Positions 1-8,948 of a DNA stretch of 64,000 nucleotides are shown here, in pieces. Source of the DNA: a virus; the UHGV virus genome UHGV-0076294; one strand, given 5' to 3'. Positions within the stretch are counted from its first letter, which is position 1; each line of letters begins with the position of its first letter. The translations under genes and the position numbers were made by a program. The notes below the pieces were generated by a model. That model had not been told where the DNA came from. It saw nothing but the letters and a program-made list of their open reading frames with translations, and searched no databases.

Positions 1-91
1 CAACAGTTTCTTTGAGGGGGGAGGTTGCGTTAAACCCGGCTGACGCTACGCCACCCGAGACGGTGTCTCGCGCTAAGAAGAAAAAATAATT

Positions 92-127
92 AGAGGGTGG
101 GGTAATCCCCACCCTCTTTTCTTTTTT
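92..127. terminator. Rho-independent terminator (bidirectional hairpin)
   Basis: agagggtgggg-taat-ccccaccctct followed by tttctttttt; A-tract on the other side. Confidence 0.7.
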
Positions 128-151
128 GTGTAAAAGAGGAGTTAAACGAAA

Positions 152-742
152 ATGGCTGAACGTTGGTCTAAAGAAGGTATCATTGAATCCAAAACCGATT
201 TGGAAGGTGGGTACGTAAACGACCCTGACGACAAAGGTGGAGAAACCTGTCACGGTGTAACTTTAGCTACTGCACGCGAATACGGCTACACAGGGAAAAT
301 GAAAGACCTCACCCGTGCACAAGCGTTTGATATTTACGATCGCGGTTGGTGGAAGAAGCTCAAACTCGATGAGATTTTCGCTATCTCACCGTTACTCGCA
401 GACCGGATGTTTGATTTTGGTATTAACGCAGGGCGTGCTAACTGTGTGAAATCGTTACAACGTATTCTCAACGTTTTAAATAACGAAGGGAAACTTTACG
501 CAGATATTGACACCGACGGCGGTATGGGTCCTAAGACACTGGGTGCGTTGAACGCGTACCTGAAATATCGTAAAGATGAAGGATTGAGCATTTTAATCTT
601 TGCGTTAATCTCGCACCAAGTAACTTACTACACGGAAATCTCCGAAAAACGTAAGAGAAACGAGAAATACACCTACGGATGGTACGGCCGCGTCTTCAGA
701 GAAATGGCAGATTATACGGTAAAAGCGGGGTTAGTAAAATGA
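152..742 (+). CDS. Peptidoglycan hydrolase, GH108-like lysozyme domain plus peptidoglycan-binding-like C-terminal domain (endolysin candidate)
   Basis: SD aagaggag upstream of ATG; N-terminal motif EGGYVNDPDDKGGETCHGVT is typical of GH108 muramidases; C-terminal half resembles PG-binding domain; recognised by eye, not searched. Confidence 0.7.
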   Translation: MAERWSKEGIIESKTDLEGGYVNDPDDKGGETCHGVTLATAREYGYTGKMKDLTRAQAFDIYDRGWWKKLKLDEIFAISPLLADRMFDFGINAGRANCVKSLQRILNVLNNEGKLYADIDTDGGMGPKTLGALNAYLKYRKDEGLSILIFALISHQVTYYTEISEKRKRNEKYTYGWYGRVFREMADYTVKAGLVK

Positions 743-858
743 ACTGGTTTGCTAAACTCTTAGCGTTATTGTGGAAAGCGTTAACGTCTGGTCGAAAACG
801 TAAAGACGAAAAGCGTGGACAAGAGTTCTTCTGGTTTTTGTAAGGAAAGGTGTGGGTA

Positions 859-1524
859 ATGGAAAAGCTTCAATATAAACGTTTAGACAATAAGTGGTTT
901 GTATTAACGGAGGATTACCATTATCCGTTTACGTTACGTGAGATTTATCACGACCACGTACACTTAGACCGTGCGGTTTATTTAACGGGCGTATTGCCTG
1001 ACACGCAACTGTGGTTAACAGCACCGAAAGGGTTCGTTACCGATTTAGCGTCAATTCCTGAACACCTCCAGGGAATTTTCCATCCTGACGGGCCTTGGGC
1101 ACCCGCAGCCTGTATTCACGACTTGTTATACCAAAAATGCAGTACGGAACGTAGCTACCCTATGACTCCTGGCGGTAACGTTTCGCGTATTATCGATAAA
1201 GAGTTCTCTGACTTAACATTCCTGCGTATTATGCAGTCGTTAGAAATCTCACCGTATATCTGCCAAACGTTTTATAAAGCCGTGGCGGGGTTCGGTTGGG
1301 ATGCTTACGTAGACCCTAACGCGAAACCGTCTTATACCACTAACGATTACCGTACGTTAGATTACAATCGAAACTATTTGTTCGTTCGTGAGTTTAGGGA
1401 GCCTGCTATTCCTGACCACGAACGTGTTGATATCACCACAGGTTGTCCCGTTAATGTCAAATACCTGAACATCAAACGGGCTTTTCTGTCTGGGAGGGAA
1501 GATGTTTCATCCAAATCCGAGTAA
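859..1524 (+). CDS. DUF1353-like protein
   Basis: Motif GFVTDLASIP resembles the TDxASIP signature of DUF1353; ATG at 859 preferred over GTG at 850 because of SD aggaaagg spacing. Confidence 0.5.
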   Translation: MEKLQYKRLDNKWFVLTEDYHYPFTLREIYHDHVHLDRAVYLTGVLPDTQLWLTAPKGFVTDLASIPEHLQGIFHPDGPWAPAACIHDLLYQKCSTERSYPMTPGGNVSRIIDKEFSDLTFLRIMQSLEISPYICQTFYKAVAGFGWDAYVDPNAKPSYTTNDYRTLDYNRNYLFVREFREPAIPDHERVDITTGCPVNVKYLNIKRAFLSGREDVSSKSE

Positions 1525-2017
1525 CTTTAAACTCAAAGAGTTAGTACCACAATCGTACATCGCCAAATACGGTGATTCTGCAATTCGGTTTATGAACCCG
1601 TTGTTAATGATCTCCCTACAACAGATTCGTAACCGTTTCGGCAGAATGGTGATTAACTCGTCTGCTGCGCAACAGCGTGGCCTAAGAACCTTAGACTTTT
1701 TCATCAACCAAGAAAAGCCTAAGGGCGGTAACTATAAACAACGTGCGTTACAACTCTACTCTGATTCAGGGAGTCAACACAAGTTCGGTAACGCAATTGA
1801 CGCGACACTGTTAGACTCAACGGTAAAACAAGTCCACGACTATATCGCCGCTAATCCTGACGAATTTCCATTCATTCACTTTATCGAATGCGACATCAGT
1901 TGGTTGCATATCGACGTTCGTAACCAACCGAATATCACGTTCTGGTCACCGAATCGCGGTACTGTGAAAGTCGTGAAACAAAGCCCTATCGATTGGAGCG
2001 CCTTAGTTAAAATCTAA
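1502..2017 (+). CDS. Peptidase M15-like (zinc D-Ala-D-Ala carboxypeptidase fold) cell-wall hydrolase candidate
   Basis: SD gggaggga before ATG; motif SQHKFGNAIDAT matches SxHxxGxAxD of M15 peptidases, later WLHID; start overlaps preceding gene. Confidence 0.5.
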   Translation: MFHPNPSNFKLKELVPQSYIAKYGDSAIRFMNPLLMISLQQIRNRFGRMVINSSAAQQRGLRTLDFFINQEKPKGGNYKQRALQLYSDSGSQHKFGNAIDATLLDSTVKQVHDYIAANPDEFPFIHFIECDISWLHIDVRNQPNITFWSPNRGTVKVVKQSPIDWSALVKI

Positions 2018-2079
2018 GCGCATAATCCTTAACTTAGGGTGATTGTACCTTATTTTGTATAAACCGTCTTAGAACGCGC

Positions 2080-2093
2080 TAGAACGCGTTCTA
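2080..2093. promoter_or_regulatory. 14-bp perfect palindrome tagaacgcgttcta (with adjacent direct repeat agaacgcg)
   Basis: Read directly between convergent genes; could be an operator or part of the terminator. Confidence 0.3.
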
Positions 2094-2108
2094 CGGACAA
2101 AATAAACC

Positions 2109-2142
2109 TACCCTCCTGCTTAGCAGGAGGGTATTTATTATT
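2109..2142. terminator. Rho-independent terminator between convergent genes
   Basis: ccctcctgc-tta-gcaggaggg followed by tatttattatt. Confidence 0.65.
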
Positions 2143-2617
2143 CTACCGGGTGCAGCATAGTGCCGGTATCCGGAATGCTACCTTCGTGACATCTGAAGAA
2201 CGTTACGCCTTTCCCTTCACCCGTTTTGTAGTTGATGGTAGAATACGCAAACGTTGGGGTTTTCGACAGTAACCCGTTTACACGGTAATAGCGCTCACCG
2301 GTAACGACGTTTAAGTTACCGTCAACTTTTCCTAACAAATCTTTATAAAGTTGCGGAGATTCGATTTTACCTTCGTTCCATGAAGCGACCCAATTCGCCC
2401 CTGTATCCATGACTAACACCGAAAGGGGCATCAGTTTTAGGCTAGACGGTACCGGTTTAAAATCAACGAATTCTTGGGAAGCGCCTGTACAGGTGTAAAT
2501 GACCATATCATGTTGGTCAACAGGTACGGTAGAGAACTGACCTTCTGCGTTCGGCTGAATAGCACAACTTGCCAATGTCATTACAAAAGCAACGACCACG
2601 AGAATGCGTTTTAGCAT
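2138..2617 (-). CDS. Putative lipoprotein
   Basis: N-terminal signal peptide with lipobox LASC (MLKRILVVVAFVMTLASC); SD aagggtgag. Confidence 0.55.
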   Translation of the reverse strand: MLKRILVVVAFVMTLASCAIQPNAEGQFSTVPVDQHDMVIYTCTGASQEFVDFKPVPSSLKLMPLSVLVMDTGANWVASWNEGKIESPQLYKDLLGKVDGNLNVVTGERYYRVNGLLSKTPTFAYSTINYKTGEGKGVTFFRCHEGSIPDTGTMLHPVE

Positions 2618-2757
2618 AATCTCACCCTTATTAAAATTAAGAAAAAATATTTTTTCAGGTTAGCGCCTACTGCCAACCGTCATATCTATATTTTACGAAA
2701 TGTCTAAAATAACATTCTTATGCAATCCACCCCTACCACTTACGAGGTAAAAAAAAG

Positions 2758-3285
2758 ATGGCTAAAGCCTTCAATCAACAGCTCATCGAAGCTGTAATTG
2801 CTAAAAACTCAGGAACCGCTTCTAATCTGACGGTTGGTGATGTCGATTTTGGTGCTGTTGCTGAGTTCAGCGGAGACGCTGGCCGCAACACTAAAATTAC
2901 ACTGACCGCCAAGGCAGAAAGCCAGAACTTCAAAGGCGAGAAAGAATTCCACTACACTCGTCTGGTCTCGCAAAGCCTCATTACGCTGACGGAAGTTACA
3001 GCAGAAACTACTGAAGTCGAAGATTCTGTTATCATCGCAAAACTCAACGAAGATATAGTCGCTAAAGGCTATACTGACGACGAGTTCAAAGCCGAAGAAT
3101 TGACCATTCAGAAAACTGATGCAGGTGAAGGTAATTTCAATTACACCGTTAGTGTAAACGAAGGTCATATCAAATTCTTAGCTGGACAAATCGCTGTTTA
3201 TAGCTATAAAAAGCCAGCGCCTGAAAAAGTAGCTCTGAGCGGTCTGGAAGGTGAGCTCGACGCCTTCACAGCTCCAGTAGCCTAA
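2758..3285 (+). CDS. Hypothetical protein, paralog of 3337-3870
   Basis: Strong SD gaggtaaaaaaaag; shares C-terminal GELDAFTA/GELDGFTA and internal NTKITLTA/NTKVTMTA with neighbour; followed by hairpin terminator. Confidence 0.6.
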   Translation: MAKAFNQQLIEAVIAKNSGTASNLTVGDVDFGAVAEFSGDAGRNTKITLTAKAESQNFKGEKEFHYTRLVSQSLITLTEVTAETTEVEDSVIIAKLNEDIVAKGYTDDEFKAEELTIQKTDAGEGNFNYTVSVNEGHIKFLAGQIAVYSYKKPAPEKVALSGLEGELDAFTAPVA

Positions 3286-3304
3286 TGCTTTTAACAACCA
3301 AACT

Positions 3305-3330
3305 AAGGCGGTAAATCCGCCTTATTAGGA
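3305..3330 (+). terminator. Hairpin terminator after 2758-3285
   Basis: aaggcgg-taaat-ccgcctt then att. Confidence 0.5.
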
Positions 3331-3336
3331 GAAAAA

Positions 3337-3870
3337 ATGGATAGTCAAGCTACTAACCAAATGCAGCTAGTCGAGTTATATAACGCTGCCAACACTGGTT
3401 TGCCGCACAAATTGGTGTCGTCTGAAGTAAAATTTGGTCTGCCCTCTGCAAACGACGACGGTGAAAAAAATACCAAAGTTACAATGACCGCTTTACCCGG
3501 CTCAGAAAATTTCCGTGGTCAGATTGAACTTAAGTACGACCGATTAAACCCCTCCATAATTTCTGATTCTCTGGGAGTGGTCAAACTCGAGGGGGAGATA
3601 GAAAAATGGCGGGAAGATAACTATGTTCGCGCCTATCTGCAACATTATATTAACCAAGTAAAACCCAAAGACACAATAGCCACAGGCGATATTGTTTATA
3701 GTTACGAAGAAGTAAAAGAACAGGATAAACTTGTCGCACTACGAGTTACCTGCACTGTCGCTGAAAGAAACCATAAATATCTGCAAGGCGTAATGCTTGT
3801 CTTTGAAGTTAGTCCAGAAAAGATCGATCTTTCCACCACCAACGGTGAGTTGGACGGTTTTACTGCTTAA
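3337..3870 (+). CDS. Hypothetical protein, paralog of 2758-3285
   Basis: SD aggagaaaaa; paralogous motifs as above; followed by bidirectional terminator. Confidence 0.6.
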   Translation: MDSQATNQMQLVELYNAANTGLPHKLVSSEVKFGLPSANDDGEKNTKVTMTALPGSENFRGQIELKYDRLNPSIISDSLGVVKLEGEIEKWREDNYVRAYLQHYINQVKPKDTIATGDIVYSYEEVKEQDKLVALRVTCTVAERNHKYLQGVMLVFEVSPEKIDLSTTNGELDGFTA

Positions 3871-3909
3871 TCGCTAAGTCAACTATTATAACAAAAAAAT
3901 AATAAGTTT

Positions 3910-3945
3910 ACCTACCTCCTTTACGGAGGTAGGTACTTTTTTTAT
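3910..3945. terminator. Bidirectional terminator between convergent operons
   Basis: acctacctcc-tttacg-gaggtaggt followed by actttttttatttt. Confidence 0.7.
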
Positions 3946-4616
3946 TTTATCCCCATTTCTAAAGCGTACGCTCGGATGGTATCATAATCACGCTGCTCGG
4001 CTAAAAGTCGAAGCTCTTTTTTCTGCTCGGTTTTCTGATTATGCAATTTCTGATCGCGTTTCACAATCGTTGCCATCAGTTCCTTACACTGCTCCAATGT
4101 GAACGGTTCCACTCGAGCGTTTGATGTGTCCAACCAGTAATCCGGTGCGGTTTCTGATTGGATATACTGACTTAACATCTGTCTTGACGTTGAGTCTGTT
4201 TGGAAATAACGTCCGTTTAATTCAATAGGCGCATAACGTTGCTCCTCATAAAGACGCTCCATCTCTATCATGATTTTCTGAACATCCTGATAGATATACC
4301 GCACCGTAGAACGAACGTTATTTCGTATTTCTTCTAAATCAATCTCAAGAACATCAGAGATAAATTCTTTCGCTTTCTGTAGCGTAAAATTAGCCTCAAT
4401 CTCTGACATATCATAACTGCGCATCTGTTCGATTGCGGCCTTATCTTCCAACCCTTCGATTAATTTGTAATGTAGAAGCGCACAAAAACCTGCACGGCCA
4501 CGATCCTCATTGCCAATTCGTTCCATGTAATTACCGTGCCGATCGATTGGAAGCCCTCGTGAGAAATAACGTTGGCGTATTTCCTCTTTCGTTAAGCTTT
4601 CGTCAATAACAGACAT
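3942..4616 (-). CDS. Hypothetical protein (last gene of radical SAM cluster operon)
   Basis: Long ORF, start overlaps upstream gene end; no recognisable motif. Confidence 0.5.
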   Translation of the reverse strand: MSVIDESLTKEEIRQRYFSRGLPIDRHGNYMERIGNEDRGRAGFCALLHYKLIEGLEDKAAIEQMRSYDMSEIEANFTLQKAKEFISDVLEIDLEEIRNNVRSTVRYIYQDVQKIMIEMERLYEEQRYAPIELNGRYFQTDSTSRQMLSQYIQSETAPDYWLDTSNARVEPFTLEQCKELMATIVKRDQKLHNQKTEQKKELRLLAEQRDYDTIRAYALEMGIK

Positions 4617-5164
4617 TCATCATCTCCTTTAACTAAACCCAGTTCAATTAACAATTCAAAATCGATTTGGCGAAATTTGTTATCAAAACCAGAATCCCAA
4701 TCGATATGTAACCCTTGTCGTTCTTCATCGGTAAGTTCAGGATAAATTAAACCAAGGAACGCTTCACGTTCTTCGTAAAATCCATCGATAGTAGAATCTG
4801 GATTTCGTGTTGCATAGATCGTAATGCCCGGAAAGGATAATCCTAATGCTGTTATAGATTCGACGCTCGGTTCTTGCAAGGCCCTGCGTAAAAGCACGAT
4901 TTTATGTCGTGGAAATTCTAGTACACGTTGTTCAAATCCAGGATTCCGTTTCTCAATTTCTGTAACTGAAAGATCGGTGAGTTCTGTGCAATACATTGGG
5001 ATAACTACGGTTACTCCGTGACGAATTAATAGTCGTTTAACATCGTCAGTGAAGTCTTCACCGTTAATTTGCACATAACAACCAAACAGTTTTGTGCTCT
5101 CTAAAAACTTTTCCAAAAAACGGAATTTACGCTTCGTAATATTGTGGATCAGAATTGGTTTCAT
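4592..5164 (-). CDS. Hypothetical protein (radical SAM cluster)
   Basis: ORF overlapping both neighbours (coupled translation); no recognisable motif. Confidence 0.5.
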   Translation of the reverse strand: MKPILIHNITKRKFRFLEKFLESTKLFGCYVQINGEDFTDDVKRLLIRHGVTVVIPMYCTELTDLSVTEIEKRNPGFEQRVLEFPRHKIVLLRRALQEPSVESITALGLSFPGITIYATRNPDSTIDGFYEEREAFLGLIYPELTDEERQGLHIDWDSGFDNKFRQIDFELLIELGLVKGDDECLLLTKA

Positions 5165-6449
5165 CTTTGGCTTCTCTCAATTGTTTTTCTTTCTGGGCAC
5201 GTTCACGTACGCAACGAGGGCAATAACACATGCTATTATCGTGAAAATCTTTCACTGACGTCGTGCCCATTTTCTGTTTCCAATATTCCGCAACCATCAA
5301 TTTTGCAGTTGTCCAGCCGCATTGACGGCGTTCGGCGTGATAAGCTTTGCGATCTTCTAGCGTCCCTTCTCCATTCTCGTAAGATGCAGCCGCACAACTA
5401 CCACAAGCGTGCTTCATTGGACAACCTAAACAGGTTTCAGGATAGTTGGTATATTGCGTCTGAATCTCTTCCAGCAATTTCCCGTCATCTAAGCTAACGA
5501 ATTCCCGGCCAACTAATTCAAATACGGCAGAACGTGATGTTACGGTTGACATGAAACGGTTACAACCGAAGATCTTACGATCGAATCCTAAGCAGGTCAT
5601 GTGTGTTAACGTACCGCAGAACGGACGTAAACGTTCTGGATTCAAACGTACAGTATCGTTATACAATAATTGGTCGCGCCAGTTTGGTTCCCAGATAGTA
5701 TCAAAATCTAACCCGTCTGGAATGATGTGCGACAAGGTGTTACGTGGGTTGGTGTGTAAGCCCTTCTCAACCCAATAATCAACCACATCCATCATCTGCA
5801 ATGCGATTGAAGTAGCCATGCTCCGTGGCATAATGTCTTCGAAGGTTACGTTGCCGGAAATAGTTCCACCGCCAGTAATATCAATTAATGATTTCATTCC
5901 AGCAGCATAGAACGGTAACGTTTCCAACGTAAAGGTCGCTTTTACACCAAGTTCTGCAATACCGACTTCTTTTAAGTAATTATAGCCCCGCACAGCGGCC
6001 TCGTAAGATCCTTCACGAGTTGTTGTAAAAATCCGGTACTTATCGTGCGATTCGGGCAATCCATCAATAGACACCCCAATAGAAAGCCTGTCTTTCCAAC
6101 GTTCAATAATTTCTCTATTCAAAGGTCTATCTAACAATGTTCCGTTAGTAGAAATGCTAAACATAAACGGCCGATTATGTTTTTCGCATAACTCTTCTGC
6201 GGTTTCAAATGCCGCCATTAATAACTTAGGCTGCATAAACGGCTCGCCGCCGATAATGTCGATAACGACCTCGATGTTTGTCAGGTCTTTATCCCTTTCG
6301 AAACAGGCATGTAAAAAATCAACGATATCTGCCGCTTTGTTATTCCGAGGATACTTACGTTCGTAACAATACTCACAGTCTAGGTTACACGATAAATTTG
6401 TAACGATCTGATAAGTCAGTTGTTTAGGATAACTATTTTCTTGACTCAT
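5127..6449 (-). CDS. Radical SAM enzyme with C-terminal SPASM/twitch-like Cys-rich domain
   Basis: CNLDCEYC (CxxxCxxC) near N-terminus, GGEP motif; C-terminal CGTLTHMTC...GC and CLGCPMKHACGSC cysteine clusters typical of SPASM auxiliary Fe-S domains. Confidence 0.8.
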   Translation of the reverse strand: MSQENSYPKQLTYQIVTNLSCNLDCEYCYERKYPRNNKAADIVDFLHACFERDKDLTNIEVVIDIIGGEPFMQPKLLMAAFETAEELCEKHNRPFMFSISTNGTLLDRPLNREIIERWKDRLSIGVSIDGLPESHDKYRIFTTTREGSYEAAVRGYNYLKEVGIAELGVKATFTLETLPFYAAGMKSLIDITGGGTISGNVTFEDIMPRSMATSIALQMMDVVDYWVEKGLHTNPRNTLSHIIPDGLDFDTIWEPNWRDQLLYNDTVRLNPERLRPFCGTLTHMTCLGFDRKIFGCNRFMSTVTSRSAVFELVGREFVSLDDGKLLEEIQTQYTNYPETCLGCPMKHACGSCAAASYENGEGTLEDRKAYHAERRQCGWTTAKLMVAEYWKQKMGTTSVKDFHDNSMCYCPRCVRERAQKEKQLREAKDETNSDPQYYEA

Positions 6450-7356
6450 TTTCCGCCCCTCTATTACGTTCTGCCATCACTACACGACGAATGTACTCGT
6501 AAGCTTCTACACCTATTGAGGAGGCTAGTTGGTTACACCCTGCTTTCGTAGCTATTGGTACATTTTTAAGTTGGTTTTCTTCCCCGTCCGCGTCTATCCT
6601 GAGACTTTCGCTACAGGCGTTACAAGCATGATCGAAGAATCTGTTTACAATAAAGCCGCAGTCTCTAGAATTTAGAACATTCAGTCTTTCTATATTCTCC
6701 TGAATTCTAAAATACCCGTAAATAAAGTTCATAACGTGATCGGGAGATAACGGTTTTGGCATGTTTTTGTCTAGTAATAAGGACATAGAACGAAAACCGT
6801 AATGGTAGATAGCAGTATATAATTGAATGATATCTTCATGCCATCTTTTATTGGATAAATTCTCCCTCGTAACAACAGCCCAAGTGTTAACATTATTCAA
6901 GCTGTAAATTACTTCTAACGCCTCATGGCAATTATCATCAATAAAGCGCTTAAAAGGCCGTTCAGAAAGATTAAACCCATCGATGCTAACATATATAGCA
7001 TCGAATTGTTTTAACAACGGTAGATGCGATTTACGCATTTTTAAACCGTTCGTGAACATTTGGTGTTTGAGTTCAGGACGGATCGTTTTTAATTCGTCAA
7101 CAAACGCCTCAATCTTTCGAGTTGCCAGTAGCGGTTCACCGCCAGTCCACTGAATTTCAGTAATGGTTGGGTTAGACGACAACGCTTTCAAAATTCGTTC
7201 ACGTTGAAACTCTCGCGGAGAATCTTCACGATGCATGTAATAGGCTCCGCCGCAGAAGCTACAGTCCAGATTACATTTGGATGTAGCAACTACGGACAAT
7301 ACGGTGGGTTTATTGTATAAACGATTCGATAACCTTGGCTCTACGTCGGTTGTCAT
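6433..7356 (-). CDS. Radical SAM enzyme (paralog of 9406-10320)
   Basis: CNLDCSFCGG (CxxxCxxC) and GGEPLL motifs; ATG at 7356 preferred (SD ggag) over 7371; 3' end overlaps start of SPASM gene. Confidence 0.8.
   Translation of the reverse strand: MTTDVEPRLSNRLYNKPTVLSVVATSKCNLDCSFCGGAYYMHREDSPREFQRERILKALSSNPTITEIQWTGGEPLLATRKIEAFVDELKTIRPELKHQMFTNGLKMRKSHLPLLKQFDAIYVSIDGFNLSERPFKRFIDDNCHEALEVIYSLNNVNTWAVVTRENLSNKRWHEDIIQLYTAIYHYGFRSMSLLLDKNMPKPLSPDHVMNFIYGYFRIQENIERLNVLNSRDCGFIVNRFFDHACNACSESLRIDADGEENQLKNVPIATKAGCNQLASSIGVEAYEYIRRVVMAERNRGAENESRK
6679..6773. repeat. 95-nt block identical to 9643-9737 (within paralogous radical SAM genes)
   Basis: Read directly; flanking coding sequence of the two paralogs is clearly diverged. 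Confidence 0.85.
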
Positions 7357-7377
7357 TGCAGGTGACTCCATCTATTT

Positions 7378-8265
7378 TTAAATATAGCCAATGGATAACA
7401 AAGGATCGTCGTAAGCGTTAACTCCGGGTTTTAATACAAATGGTGAATTGTAAGCCTCGATAATGCGATTAAGGTCCTTATAACGCACGTTTAAACGTTC
7501 TAAATCCGCCAACGTTACGTTACGTTCCAATACCGCCGACACTGCTGCTTTTTCTTCATCAGTTAACGTGACTTTCGTCATTAAGAAACTAACAAGTTTT
7601 GCTAAATCTGCTTCCGATGACGGGTGTTCACCAATACGTGTTTGAATTAAATGTTGCATCCACGGCTTACGAATACGTTTTGTGATTTCATGTTCATCTG
7701 TAAGGGCAACCCACACAGAGCGTTCGCGATCCCACACAAATTTATAACTGTACGCCATCAGATCGGCTAAGCAGTTGATGCCAAGCTCCTCGTAACCTTC
7801 TATTTCAATGTACGGTTCGGTATCAACATAGTTTTTTGTTTCTACAGGAACCAGTGCATAAAAGTACGGGAATGAACCGAGATAGTCTGGAGACCACCAA
7901 CGACGTGCTACAGGCTTCGCATTCAACTCTTTAAATGGCGTAAAGAACAATTCCAAATCTACAGAATTATTCAGAATACCGTCACTAAAGAAATATTTAC
8001 CGTCAACCAATTTACCGCGTAAATCTGAATCACCGGTAAACACCACTACGCTTTCTGCTGACAGATCGCGTATTTTAAAAGTGTTTTCTACTGAATAGTT
8101 ATTGCGATCGGTAAAAAAACGACCGCGCACTTTGGGCCATTCGCCAGGTAACTGAGTTAACAAACGAACTTTATCTTCCAAATGAGCGCGTATTGAATCG
8201 GGGGAAGAAATATGAAGTGGGTGGTTGAAAATTGTTTTATAGGCTAAATGCAAATCGTTTTTCAT
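7378..8265 (-). CDS. Hypothetical protein (radical SAM cluster)
   Basis: Long ORF between Cys-rich genes and radical SAM gene; no recognisable motif. Confidence 0.5.
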   Translation of the reverse strand: MKNDLHLAYKTIFNHPLHISSPDSIRAHLEDKVRLLTQLPGEWPKVRGRFFTDRNNYSVENTFKIRDLSAESVVVFTGDSDLRGKLVDGKYFFSDGILNNSVDLELFFTPFKELNAKPVARRWWSPDYLGSFPYFYALVPVETKNYVDTEPYIEIEGYEELGINCLADLMAYSYKFVWDRERSVWVALTDEHEITKRIRKPWMQHLIQTRIGEHPSSEADLAKLVSFLMTKVTLTDEEKAAVSAVLERNVTLADLERLNVRYKDLNRIIEAYNSPFVLKPGVNAYDDPLLSIGYI

Positions 8266-8277
8266 TGATTACTCCAA

Positions 8278-8757
8278 TTATTTTACGGTCAATCTGACGT
8301 TCAAGGTATAGAACCCGCCACGCCATTGCCTGCCGGTAACTTCAAATTCCGCAGTAAAGCCGTTTGATTTACTCGGTTGCTGCGTAATCGCCATGGTTCC
8401 GCCGGAATTACTTAATACTTCTAACGAGATAGAAACAGAAGATGCATTACCGATAGAGTCTATCTTAAAACTAGCCGCGTCTGTAAAATTGACACTGATA
8501 CCGTTACCCATCGCAACTTGTGGATAGGCGTAAGACTTGCCAGACAGTAACGATTTAAAGATCCTCATCGGTTTTTCTTTACCGGTTAATGTTGCGCATT
8601 GAATAAAGACGGTCCCAGTAGAGAAATTGATACGGACAACATCTTTAGCGTGTAGCTTAGACTCAACATAAACAACGGCTTTGTTATCGTAGGCGGGTCT
8701 TGATGGGGTTGGTGTGGAACCGCCGCCGGAGGGCTTACTTACCCCCCCCCCGCTCCC
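8278..8757 (-). CDS. Hypothetical protein; frame is open upstream of the first ATG (8568) up to the C10 tract, candidate frameshift fusion partner of the Cys-rich ORF 8739-8945
   Basis: ORF track gives 8278-8568; same frame has no stop from 8757 down to 8568 and no obvious SD before the ATG at 8568. Confidence 0.4.
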   Translation of the reverse strand, partial: GSGGGVSKPSGGGSTPTPSRPAYDNKAVVYVESKLHAKDVVRINFSTGTVFIQCATLTGKEKPMRIFKSLLSGKSYAYPQVAMGNGISVNFTDAASFKIDSIGNASSVSISLEVLSNSGGTMAITQQPSKSNGFTAEFEVTGRQWRGGFYTLNVRLTVK

Positions 8758-8945
8758 TTACTACAGCTACCGCTGCACGACCAACTACAACCACCGTTAC
8801 AATTATAATGACTTAAAGGTAACCCAGCTAGATTGTTGGTTGAAGAAACCGTCCCTTGGTTTGCAATATAGTTGTTTGCATTAGCGGTGGTGATATATCC
8901 CTCCGCTGTTACTAACCTGTCGCGTATGTTTTTAAGACTTATCAT
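8739..8945 (-). CDS. Cys-rich leader+core peptide C (short core, ends in poly-Gly encoded by C10 tract)
   Basis: Leader MISLKNIRDRL and junction HYNCNGGCSWSCSGSCS are paralogous to peptides A and B; start 3 nt after stop of peptide B. Confidence 0.55.
   Translation of the reverse strand: MISLKNIRDRLVTAEGYITTANANNYIANQGTVSSTNNLAGLPLSHYNCNGGCSWSCSGSCSKGAGGG
8742..8751 (-). repeat. C10 homopolymer (G10 on coding strand) at 3' end of Cys-rich ORF C
   Basis: Read directly; encodes the terminal GGG; a 1-nt frame change here joins an open downstream frame. Confidence 0.9.
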
Positions 8946-8948
8946 TTC

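Noticed and set aside
2138-2617. Lipoprotein as unimolecular spanin or o-spanin
   Set aside because: Too long for an o-spanin and no C-terminal TM helix for a u-spanin; left as generic lipoprotein.
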